Shown here piece by piece: positions 1 through 12,188 of a stretch of DNA of 64,000 nucleotides. The position numbers and the translations under genes were made by a program. Below the pieces are notes generated by a model. That model had not been told where the DNA came from, did no database searches, and worked only from the letters and a program-made list of their open reading frames with translations. Within the stretch, counting starts at the first letter, position 1. Each line of letters starts with the position of its first letter. The stretch is from Macrostomum lignano (taxonomy: Eukaryota), in the NCBI GenBank assembly GCA_002269645.1, contig NIVC01001611.1:1-64000 (forward strand), read 5' to 3'.

Positions 1-399
1 TATCTTATTATATAAAATTTTATTCCTTCCTACATCTAAAACCAAATCTCTGGTAAACTTGATGCAACCTAAATCAATCAGAACTCTAGTTTGGAATACA
101 TAAACTAGTTAAAACTATTCTAGACTCAGCTATTAACATAAAGTGTGTTTCTAGGCTTCAAATACGAGGTAATGTATTCTATTCTAACATTTTATTGTTT
201 GAATAATTGTAAAAAAAGTTTAAGAAAAAATGAATGTCATTTTATGTTACATGTATTTCTGTAGTTTATTTTGCCATAGTACGCATAATATTTTACATTA
301 GAACCAATTGGATGATTAAATGTCTACTAAAAATACCATATCATCCTTGTAAAATCACTATGCGTGGTTTTATGTTTATATTTTTTGATTTTGTAAAAA

Positions 400-3300
400 A
401 TGCACGATCCCTGGATACTTCAGCGTGTTGCCCAGCGCATGGTGACGCTGGACGACTTGCGCAAAATCGATCCGGGAACGGTCAATCCGGAGAATGTGAA
501 ATCCATTGTGGACCAAATCAATGACGTAAGTAACTAACTGAGTGTTTATCAATATCTGCACACTGACCATTCCGAATTCATCTCTCTCAAAGAAGAATTA
601 ATTATATCTGCTTTATTTTTAGTTTGACCCCGGCAACATGGACGTCGACGGGGAGGCAGAGATGGTGCTGAATCTTTACGACGCCATCATTGACTCGCAA
701 AAGATGGCGCACGAGCGGATGGAGAAACAGACGACGGATCTGCAGATTGCACTCGAATTTGAAAAGAGAATCAGCGCCTGAGGCGGACGGCACAACGGGA
801 AGGCGAGCAGACGCCGACAAGGAGCTCGACCTGCTCAATGAGAATGAGCGGCTGAACAAAGAGGTTGAATCCTTGCAGAGTGACATTCGGAAGAAGGAAC
901 AAGACATCAGCAAGTTTGTTTGGTGGACTACATGTAAGTAGTATTGCTAGCATTTTTCTAATGCACACATTTATCTCTCCCCAACAGCTAACTGGAGAGA
1001 ACGAAGATCTCGAGAACAAGCGAAACAGCCTGGAGCAGAAACTTTCAGAGGTGGAGTCCGAGAATCGCAGTCTCAGTAGTCGCCTCACAACCCTTCAAGA
1101 GCGAATCGATCGCACTGAGAAGAGCCAGGAAACCAAGTACGCCATCAGCGACCTGAATCAAAGGTTCGCCAACTGAAAAACCGACCTCGACTTGGCCCTG
1201 CAGGGCAAAGCTGAGCTGCAAGAGAAACTGGAAAAAGTCCAGAAAGAGCTGTTGGATGGAGCTGCTGAATACGAAAGCTTCTGCGCTCGCTACCAAGACA
1301 TGAAGTAAGATCGCGACAAAATGGATGTTACTCGTATTTAGTTGGACGCGATTATTAGACACTGGTAGTACAAAGCAGCACTTCCCTACCAACAGGCCTA
1401 CGTGGACGAAAAGGACACGGAGGCGGCTAACGCAACGGGCCAAATCGAGGTGCTACGTCAGCAGGTGCAGGAGCTACAGGACGAGATCGCCATGCTTCGC
1501 CGGGACGACGATAACATCATGAACGCGGTCAACGAAAAGGTGGAGGAGTGGCGCAAACACCTCGCAGACAAGGACGACGAGTTGCGCCGGGCTGAGCAGG
1601 AGGTCCGTGAGCTACGCTCTCGTCTAGGCGCATTGAGCGTCGACGCGAGCAAAGAGCAGCTCGCAAAGCTGCAGCAGCGACTGCAAGAGCGGGACACAAC
1701 AATTGATGAACTGCGACAGGAGCTGAGCGAAGGCACAGACGAGTGCAACCGGTCAAGGCGATGTTGGAGCAGTTTCAGCTAGACCAAGCGGCCTCGGGAA
1801 ACACGATGGTGAGTCGACAGGCCGATCGAATCGGTCAGCTACTGAAAGAAAACCAGGGACTCAAGCAGCGTTTGGAGGAAGGCCACCAACAGGCGTTAGA
1901 ATCTGAGAAAGCCTCGCGCGAGCTCGAAGAGAAGAACGAAGAGCTGGTTAATCGGAACGACCAAATAGTTGCCGGAGTATTCGGATTGAAGGAAGCCGTC
2001 GACGAAACCAAAGCGAAGGAACGCGAGTTGGAGTACTGTCGACGAATGATTGAAGACTACGTTCGACAGATCAACAAGTTGCACGACGATGCCGACAATC
2101 TGCGCATTGAAAATTCCATGATGCGGGAGAGGCTGGGCATCGCCCCGGATGAGGTGCTAGACACTACGGCCCACAGGTGAGTGACCATGGGCTGATCTTT
2201 GTATGATGGACTACTAACCGTAGCATAAACTGCCGGAATGAATGAGGGTAGCAGGGCTCTAATTTGGGTTCTTGCTTGAAATGCAAGAATCAGCTGGCAC
2301 ATACAGTATACTGGCTCGTAAAAGCGCTTAACCAATGAAAACCTTCCTTACAGGCGTGCCAAGGCTGTGCAGCAGGAGGAGGACTCGGCTACCATCATGG
2401 TGTTGCAGAAGGAGATCGAGAGCCTAGAAGACGAGCGAATGCGGTTAAAATGGCAGGTGAAGAGTTTGGCAAAGCAGTGCGGGGGTCAGGCAGCTCAGAT
2501 GGGACTGTCTGGCAACCTGATGGTGCTGGAGTCTTTCGTCGAGGCTGAAAGAGCCGGAGGTGTCCACTCCGGCATTGATGAGATGATTCAGCCGCGCATG
2601 GCTGCAGCGCGATGGCTGCAGCTCCTGGCTCAACCATGCTGTCCAGTCGTGGTGGAATTCTCGAGCCGGAAACTGCGCGTACCGGCCGAAGCGTCGCAGG
2701 CGGTGCTGAAGCTGCCGGACTGCGCCAAGAGCTGAGCCGAGCTGCTCGCGAGTTCGAAGAGCAGGAAAAAAAAGTCTGCCAGCTGCAGACACAAAATGAA
2801 AATCTGTCGGAGGAAAATCGCGTAATGGAATCGGCGCTCAAAGAGATCAAGGATGGCATGGAAAACCGCAAGGCTGGCTCACTGGAGTGTCCCTCTTTGG
2901 ACAAGTTTCTGGCGGCGCTTGAGGCCAAGAAGGTGATGGGCGACATCGATGCCAGCTCTTATTTGAAGACTCGTTTGGACCACTTACAGGTGAGAAGTAG
3001 TTCTAGTAAATTAAACAAAGTACGACTTGTAAATAATATGAATAATACATGTACAGAGCCAGCCAGTCATTTAACCCCTTGAATCAAACAAACCAGGGTC
3101 GCTACGACGAAGTTCGAGCCGAATTACGCGAATCTCGCGCCGAAACCGCGGCGAACAAGCTTCAGTTGGACAAAACTCGCGCCCTCTCTGAGCGCCTACA
3201 GGCCGACCTGGACATGGTGCGCAACGTTGGCGCCGCTTCAAAGACCATCTTCAGCCTGAACCTTCCAGAGAATATGACTCAAACCTCGCAGGAGGTTATC

Positions 3301-6300
3301 AATTCGCTCACCGAGCAGTTGGTACAAGCTCTGGCTGAGGCTAAGAAACGGAAAGAAGAGGTCTCTAAACTAGACCAGAGTCTGCAGCACTTTCGAGCGA
3401 AGTTTGCGGTGGCTAGGTAAGCTTTGCTTTATTTGGCTTAAATAAAAACAATGGAGAAAAATCGCCATGGTATGATATGACATCTTCCCCATAACCGCAG
3501 ACACCAGCAAAGCTTGTTGTATGCCGAGCACCTTCGCGAACGAACCAGCTGGTCGGAAGAGAAGACCCGGCTGAACCAGCGCCTCGATGAGTTAAAGGGT
3601 GAGCGTCAGGAGGACGCCGCCAGGCTGAGCGAGTTCGACCGTCTGCTGGACACTCTGGCGCAGAAACCAGAAGAGCAGGCACGCCGAATGGTTGAGACGA
3701 CTCGCCAGGTGACCCTGCTGCGCTGCAACGAAGCGGCTTTGGTTCGACGATTCACCGCGCTGCAGGAAGCCGAGAAGACGCTGCGCCGCGAGAACGGCCG
3801 ATTGAAGTCCGAGTTTACCGAAATGGAAAAGGCTGTCACGGAGCGTTTGGGATATTATCGACGCTTTAAGGAAACGGCTGCGTTCAAGGTGAACTCACTG
3901 CAGAAGGCTCTGGCCGACTGCGTACCACGAGACGACCTAGACAGGCTGCAGCGGAAACTGGACGAGCTGACGGAGAAGTACCGCGACTTCCTAGAGAAGA
4001 ACAACAGCCTAGTGCACAAGGCTGAAACTCTGGACACGATGGAAATGGAGTTGCGGCAGCTGCGACTGGACAATGAAACGCTGAAAAAGGCGCTCACGGT
4101 GGAAAAAGAGAAGCGGCATCTGCTCGAGGCCACAATGGAAGAGCTGTCGAAACGCGGGGTTGACACAGGCGTGACTGAGCAGAGCCAAGTGGCCATGTCC
4201 AAGAAGCTGAGCATGCTCGAGATGAAGGAGCTGAACGAACGAGAGCGCGCCGATCACGCCAGCCAAATGTACGAAAGCCAGAAGCTTCAGCTGCAGCAAC
4301 TGGACGCTAGGAATCGAGAGTTAGAAGAGAAATTTGCCGAACTCACCACCCGAGTGTTGGAGGCTCAGAAAACGGAGCGGGAGCTGCGCGACTCCTTGGC
4401 AACCTGCGTCACTAAGGAAGCCAGCGATCGAGACAGGCAACGCATCTCCACACTGGAGGAGGCCGAGCTCAAGCTGAAGCAGGAGGTCGAACGGCTGCGC
4501 GAATTGAGTGACATCGCTTTGAGCCAGTCCAAGACCTTCCGCGAGCAGCAGGTGTCGCAGGAGAAGGAGCTCACCAGTCTTCGTCAGCAGTTGCTTGACT
4601 TTCAATGCCAGAGCGACGAGCGGGCCGTGATCGGTCGCCTGCACAGGCACATTGTACAGCTGCAACTGTCCGAGACCACCGCCCTGCGCAAGTTGGAAGA
4701 CGCTTTTGCCAAATCGCGTCGTTCCGAGGCTCAAATGCTTCGTCTAGAGCAGCGAGTGGACGAGCGCGACGAGACGTTGAGTCAGCATCGACTTGAGTGT
4801 CGCAGTCGAACCAAACAGCTGCGAGAGACGGTCAGCAGTTTGCGCAGCCAGTTTGCCGGTTGCGTACCACTAGCTAAACAGGTGAGATCTCTCAACGGAG
4901 TTTTTACAATAAATTTTGTAGTTGAAGAGTGAAAAATCGCATTGTTAGGCTTATAAGAAATATTTTCTTTGTTCCGATGACAAGGTAACATGTGCTCATG
5001 TTTTCCAACCCGAACCTTTCCGCAGGAGCGCTTCACTAAAACGCTTCTAGCCCTGCAAGAGGACAAGCTTCGCACTAAGCGACTGCTCACAGAAGCCGAG
5101 GAACAGCGCGCCAAGGCTGAGGATGAGCTTCTGGCTATGAAGACGCGCCAGGAAACTCAGGCGGAGCTGCATGAAGCACTGAGAACAGGAACCGGAGCAA
5201 AGAAGGTTGCTGAATGGCATCAAAGGATGGAGCAGCTTCGGCTGCAGGAGCTCCAGCAACGCAGGGCCTGCGAACGAGCTCGACAACAGGTGAGTGATTG
5301 AGCGGTATTTAATGCTTTAGCCAGTTTAACTGTCAACCACCTAATGAACTTTTACTTTCCACCAAAATCCAGGTGAAGCACCTCGAAGGTGTCGTCCGCA
5401 GTCAAGAAGCCCTGATTGGCCAGCTAGAGGAGGACGCGGTTAGGCTCAGCAAGGACTACGAAGAGCGCCAGTTGCTATGGGAACAGCGCGAAGCTGAACT
5501 CGAACGCGTCGTCACGCGCATGGAATCGGCCGGCTCTGAAATCGCTGGAACAGCAAAGCGACTCGGCGAGGCTACGGCTTCTGATGTGCCGGACCGCGAG
5601 TTGCCACTGCCGCTGCAGCTGGAGCAGGCTGTGGCCACGATCAAACAGAAAATCAAAGCTATCTTTGATCTGGAGAGCGAAAACAAACAGTTGAAGTCGC
5701 AGATGCGCGAGCTCGAAGAGACTTTGAAGGAGCGGGAGCGTGCGCTTATCAAAAAGGAGCGCGCCATCAACGAGCTGCGCCTTCGATTGCCCGCCACAGC
5801 TGACCGGGATCGCCAGTTCGCCGCTGCTGCTGCCGAGGCTGACGCTGCCGCCGCGTCTGCCAACCCCATGGAGAATTTCGTTGAGGCAAAGACCCTACAT
5901 GCAGCCCAGACAACCGTGGCCTCTCTTCAGGCCCGCCTGCAGCAGAAAGAGGAGTCCTTGGCCAAGTACAAGGAGTTGCTGAAAGGTGCTCAAGATGATT
6001 TGGAGACGGCTGTACGCCGGCACAACGAAGAAGCAAAGATGCTGCGGGAAAAACTGTCGCAGAAGGAAGAGCTGGTGATGAGACAGACAGCTGCTCAGCA
6101 GGGCTCTGCGGCTACAGGCGAGCTGCCGAGGGAATCTGTGACTCGCAAGCATTTGAAGAAGCTGCACGAACTGCAGGAACTGCTGGCTCACGAGCGCGGC
6201 AAATCGGCTGGATTGGAGAGTGAGCTGAGGGAGGCCCGACGAGAAATGGAAACGTGGAAGTTGAGCTACGACACTGCGCACAAGGGCTTCGACGCCGAGA

Positions 6301-9300
6301 GAGCGGTGCTCAAGGAGGAGCTGGACGAAGAGAAGCGGAGGTGCACAGAGGAGGTGGCGAGAGCCAAGCAGGAGGTGAGGGTGTATTATATTGGGACTTT
6401 TTACTGTTATTGTTTAAAAACTTTTAAAGACAGTAGCATTTTTAAAAAACCATTGCACCTTTCTATTATAGGTAGTTGAAAAGTCCGCTTTGGTTCAGCA
6501 GCTCCGCGAAGACCTGCGCCGACAAAAATCCGAAAACGAGCGCGGCCCATCGGCCACAATGAAGAATCTGGTGCGCAAGCTGGAGATGCAGCTTGAGGAG
6601 AAGGAGAAGCAGCAGCGCGCATTGAGCAAAGCGCTGACCGACCTGCGCGCAGACATGGTGTACCACGCCGAGGAGACCGCGAAGGCTGGCGGGGTGCAGA
6701 ACGAGCAGGAGCGGGATCTACACCGGATCTTAGAGCGGCACACCAAAGAGATTGCCGACGAGCTGGAGCTCACCAAGGAGCGCGCGTTCCGGGTCAAATC
6801 TGAGCAGCGCAAGCTGCGCGAAGAGAAAGAGGCGGCCGTCCAGCAGTGCGAAGAGCTCAAAGCCGAAGTGGCTCGCAAAGATGCCACCGCGGCAAAGCTC
6901 AGAACGGAGAAGAATAGGATGGAGCAGGAGGTGGAGGAGATGCAGAAGAAGATGGAGAGGATTAAGGCCGCTAGGGTGAGCTTTAATGACTTCAATGTAC
7001 TAAAGATGCGGTGTGGTTTGGGTTATGTGTGAGAATGTGTTATCTGTAGGGCGCATCTGATGTTTCCCGGATGCTTGATGCCTGCAGGGTAGCTCAGCGG
7101 GTTGTCGCTTGTGCAATCGTGTCATCTGATATAATCCTCTTTTTCAGCGCTCTGGCGGGGCAGACGAGCAGACGAAGACTGAAATGGAAGAACTGCGCCG
7201 CAAAGTACGCCTACTTGAGGAAGAGAACGTGCGATTCCGTCAGCGGCCTGAGAAGCCCTTCGAATCGGACATTGGTCTCAGCGGCGGCCGTGGCTTCGGT
7301 GGCGGCGGTCGCAGCGGCGGCATCGAGGAGTGGGAAGAACGGAAGCGACTGGAGAGAACTATCGACAAATTAAAGGATAAACTGGGGCAGAAACAGGTGA
7401 GTAGATTTAGTAGTATCGTGGAAACAATTGTTTCATTTCATTCTAAAATGGTCTTCTAGAATTTTTCGCTCATTTTATTTCTCAGTTTTCACACTCCCCT
7501 TGATTCCATCTGAATTATTTTTGTACTTTAAAACAGCTCAGTAATCAGTTTCTTTAATCTGTCCCGTATTGAAACTTTCTCCATCTTATACCCAATTCCT
7601 GTAAAAATCAGTACCCTACAGCCGTAGAACCAGTTGCCCAATTTATGTAGAATCAGAGCCCAATTCCCGTAGAATCGGTATCAACCTCCCGTAGAATCAG
7701 CACCCAATTCCCGTAGAATAAGCATCCAACTCCCGTAAAATCACTATCCAATTCTGGTACAATGAGTACCCAACAGCCTTAGAACCAGTCGCCCGATTTA
7801 TGTAGAATCAGAGCCCAATTCCCGTAAAATCGGTATCAACCTGCCGTAGAATCAGCACCCAATTCCCGTAGAATAAGCATCCAACTCCCGTAAAATCACT
7901 ATCCAATTCCGGTACAATGAGTACCCAACAGCCTTAGAACCAGTCGCCCGATTTATGTAGAATCAGAGCCCAATTCCCGTAAAATCGGTATCAACCTGCC
8001 GTAGAATCAGCATCCAACTCCCGTAAAATCAGCACCCAATTCCAGTAGAATCAGTACCCAACAGCCGTGGAATCAGTTGCCCGATTTATGTAAAATCAGT
8101 GCCCAATTCCCGTAGAATCAGCACCCCATTCCCGTAGAATCAGGGCCAGTTCCTGTAGAATCAGCAATCAGATCCAACCACAGTCAGTTCTCAGAATCAC
8201 GTACCCCAAACTGTATCAACCAGATCGAGTTTGACAGGCTCCAGCGCCAATACGAGCTCACTAAGAATGCGCTGGACAGAAGCACGGGCGGAGGCGGTGG
8301 CTCCCGACACGGCCCTCCGGGTCGCCAAGAATCTGTCTCGGTGGCTCGACTCACCGGTAGCCGTCTGCAGATTGCTGACGCTGATGTGCGCGAGAAAAAC
8401 TTCCAACTGGAAGAGGAAGTGTCCCGCCTGCGCTACCAGCTGCACACGCTAGGCGACGAACGAGAGAAAGAGGCTCTTCGTCGACAAGTTAGCATGCTGG
8501 AGGAGCGAACAGAGGAGCTGGAGCGGCAGCTACGATTGGAGAAGCCAGAATTCTCCGTCGAAGTGGAGAGGATGAGGGAGAAGCAGCGACGGTTGGAGAC
8601 GCAATTGACCGGGCTAACGCGGGAGAACACCGATCTGACTTTTGAAGTTGATCAGGCAAGGCGTGACCTGCCCAGACTGAAGGTGAGGTCGAGTGGTATG
8701 TATCAGCTCAGGTGTACCTGACAGGAAAAAAACAAAAAAATGAATGATAGAGCACTACTTTTATAGCATGCTTGTTATTCAAACGTTTATAAAGTTAGTT
8801 GCAATGTAGCATTTTAATCCGATGGCACCTAAGCGTCTTACAAGCTTGTAAATCCTACATTTTCTCATCCTCTCATCTCGCCCACACAGGAGCGAGTAGC
8901 TCATCTGACTAAGTACGTTGAACTGCTGAAGCAGGAGAAGGCTCAGCTGGAGGCGGCAGGAAACACAGCCCGATCTAGCACCAGCTCTACAAGCAACATT
9001 CGACGGGTGAGTACCCTGTATTTTGGTTTTATATCATATATTCAGGAATCTTGAGCACCCAAAGAGTCAAATCGGTTTTTCCGCACTGATAAATGTCGTA
9101 CACTGGTTTCATGCTCTGGCCCAAATGTTTGTTAGAATCTCAAGCAATCAACAAGCCGATCGAGATTAAGGAATGACAAAAAATATATGTCCATTTCATC
9201 AACTACTTGCAAGGGACAAGTTTCTATTTGACGATTAAAAGTAATCCACTAAGGGTCGGTTTGACACTGGAACTTCATGAAATGCATTATCAACGACGTC

Positions 9301-9921
9301 CGCAAATCCAATAAGTATCGAACACGATCTATTCAACAAAAAATCTTGCAGATTGGCGAGAGCGGCAAATCGACTCGCGAGCTCGAAGAGATGATCGCCC
9401 GCCTGAAAAATGTAGTCAAACGAACCGAAGCTGAAAATGAGCGCCTGAAACGGGCACCGGGCGTCGTTAGCCAGGAGGCGCTTCAACAGCTTCGTCAGGA
9501 GAACGACGGCCTCAGGCAGCAGCTCAGCGAGCTACGCGAACAGATGGGCTCCCGTCTGGCCGAACGCTACGAGGCCAAGGAGCGCGGCACAGCCAAACTG
9601 ATGCAGGACTACGAGAAGCTCAGGCGGGAATTGCAGCGCGAATGCCAGAGCCACGATCGCACCAGGGAGGAGGCGGCCAGGCTGCAGCGCGAACTGTCCG
9701 AGGCTGGCCGAGGCGATACTGCAGCTTCAACTTTAGCCACTGCCCAGTTCCGAGGGCCCGAAGCAGATTCTGGCAAGGTGCAACAGCTTGAGGCTGAACT
9801 GGCCTCGCGAGACCGGACCAATGCGATGCTCAAAGAGCAGCTCCGAGATTTGGCTGAAGCTGAACGCCAATGGAAAATTGAACGGCAAATGCTGCTGGCA
9901 AGGCTGGGAGAAGACGCTTAG
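400..9921 (+). CDS. CEP290: Centrosomal/transition-zone coiled-coil protein CEP290, 14 exons, about 2,340 aa
   Basis: Exons about 400-525, 623-914, 988-1304, 1396-2176, 2354-2989, 3097-3416, 3501-4881, 5026-5289, 5373-6374, 6472-6975, 7148-7396, 8224-8682, 8890-9006, 9352-9921 (TAG). Introns are GT-AG and phases match from exon 4 onward. Peptides match recalled CEP290: DDNIMNAVNEKVEEWRKHLADKDDEL, LQKEIESLEDERMRLK, RHQQSLLYAEH, TMKNLVRKLEMQLEEKEKQQRALSKAL, DLPRLK. The start could be ATG 400 or ATG 439. The 5' part carries indels (see findings). Confidence 0.95.
7600..8195. repeat. About 22-bp minisatellite (CCCGTAGAATCAGCACCCAATT) in CEP290 intron 11
   Basis: Degenerate tandem units read directly; fills most of the 827-bp intron. 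Confidence 0.9.
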
Positions 9922-11723
9922 GTGAAAAGACAAACTGTTTTTGTGTATTTGGTGACTTTGCATTAACGTCGTCGGGTATTTTTCACTGCTTCGAATTTTC
10001 TTGTGTTTGAAAGGTTTTGAAGAACCCTGCGTAAACATTACTTGTAATTTACTGTACTTTGTTTACACAAAAATATTAAGAAACTGCTGGCTATCAGATA
10101 AGACACTTTTCAATTTAAAATTCCAGCAAGCACGTGTACTTCTTAGAATTATATGCATCCGATATTTCGAAGAAAAGCTGTCTGTGTCCCACAACTCCAT
10201 CTTTGTTTTTTACCCCTGTGCTTGTTTTTATCGATTTTTAGCTGGGTCTTTAGCCTCTCCCTAGCCTTATATTCTACCCCCGCTAGATTAATGTCAGCGT
10301 CCAAAATTCTGGCTGTCTGCGTCGGCTGGGTGAGGGTTATCGATTTTTTTAGGGAGGGGGGGAGAGGGGGAGGTGTTCAACCTCTCACCCAGCCCGCCCT
10401 GCTTTTCTACCCCGCCAGCTTAAGAGTCTGGTTGTGTGAGAGGGTGAGGGTTATCGATTATTCAATGGTCAACCCGGCCATCCCGCTAGCTGAAACTCTG
10501 GCTGAACGTGGGGAGGGGTGAGGGTTATTGATTTTATTGCTGATCATTCAGCACTTAACCCTACCCGTACACACCCCACACTTATCGCTATTAAACCTAT
10601 CTGTCCCTGCTAGGTTTATCGACTGAACCAACCGCCAATCGTCAGACGTTACCCAACCGCCCATCCCTAATCCGCTACCTCTGCACTTATAAAGTCAGTT
10701 CAAGTTGAAATCTGAACTGCATCTGCAGTGCAGCGGTACGCACTAAAGTGATTAACATTATAGTATTACTTAACACTGATTAGTTGGTACGAAGAGTCAC
10801 CCTTAGTAATCGTACGAGCTAGTAGCATGTACTAATACTTGCTCTTGCTATTTTGCACTCAGCTATCTATAAACTTACTTAATGGCTGTTCAGTATATCC
10901 TCGTGACCTCGTTAAATGATTGGTATGACCTGTAATGTTATTCTTAAACTCTGTTTTTTTTTGAACCATAGCTACGTTCGAGATATTGAATTAAAAGAAT
11001 ATTATTTTCTTTTTTTCGAGTATATATATGGTTATTTTTCTTGCTTTTTTCGTGACTTAATTAAGATTTTCAGCGACCTGTGCCCGATTCCACAAATCTT
11101 TTGTGAATTTTTTCCAAATTGTCCTTTTTTAACAGCAAAACGTAAATTTTCATATTTGCGAGTAGCTTCTCTCTAATTATATGTACAGCCCTGCTGCCCC
11201 AGCTACTTGTAGTAATCTCTGCTGCAAGCTGTCTTAGATAATCAGCAATTCAACCAAAATTCTTGCTTATTCATGTAGTTCGTTTTACTCCTGATAAGCC
11301 ATGCTGGTTCTGGCCTAATTGTAAGACAACAACACTTGCTCTGTCTGAATGAAATAAAAAACTTAATAAATTTCTAAAAATTTTCGTCCACTTTTTTTTC
11401 AATAAAGTGATAAATAAGGTTAATTACCAGTAAGTTCGTTTTATCAATATACGAGTAATCTTCGACATATTCTGGTATTTTCTTCGTTCATGTCTATATG
11501 CAGTTGAAAAGAGTTGTCTACGATATTTGACTGCCACCATTCGACTAGGTCGCAGTTTTGGCAAAATCGATTGCAGTTTTCAAAGAGATGTCTGTGGCTG
11601 AAACTCTGGTCATGACTGAGCAGACTTGGCCTAGACAGCAAAATTATAAGTGATATTTTTCCTTGGGCAAAATTGATTGCAGTTTTGGCAAACTAGATCG
11701 CAAAAAGGTATATTATGTAAATA

Positions 11724-11868
11724 ATAAACGCCGTTTAATTCACATTCTGTGGTTAGAATGTCCGAGGCTGCGTTTAATGGTCTCGAGGCGAGCGTAGCGA
11801 GCCGAGGACCATTGATTGCAGCCGAGGATATTCTAACCATAGACTATGATGAATTAAACAACGTTTAT
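11724..11868. mobile_element. About 145-bp imperfect hairpin (palindromic MITE-like) element
   Basis: Left arm ATAAACGCCGTTTAATTCACATTCTGTGGTTAGAATGTCC pairs with right arm GGATATTCTAACCATAGACTATGATGAATTAAACAACGTTTAT; centre is GCGAGCGTAGCGAGC. Confidence 0.7.
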
Positions 11869-12188
11869 CATATATTAAATTCGATTGCTCCTGATTTCCA
11901 GAAGATTATATGATATAATATCCTAGTTTTTGTTAAAAATTACCACAGACAACACATTCCCGGCTCAGAATAGTACAATTTTTTAACGATTAAATAAGCA
12001 ATCGTATTTTATATACTACGTCCTACAATGGCGATTCTTAGTTGAGAAGTTTATTAGCGTAGTGTCTATGGGAAATCATGATGACTTATCAAATTGAAAC
12101 AATCTAATCTGAGCTGGATTTAAAAGGTATAAACTAACAAGTGCATGATTTTCGAGCCAAAGCAGCGATAATAAAAGAAGATCAAGGC

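Noticed and set aside
1174-1176. In-frame TGA in CEP290 as selenocysteine or readthrough
   Set aside because: It is better explained by two compensating homopolymer indels that restore NQKVRQLKTDL, among many similar lesions nearby.
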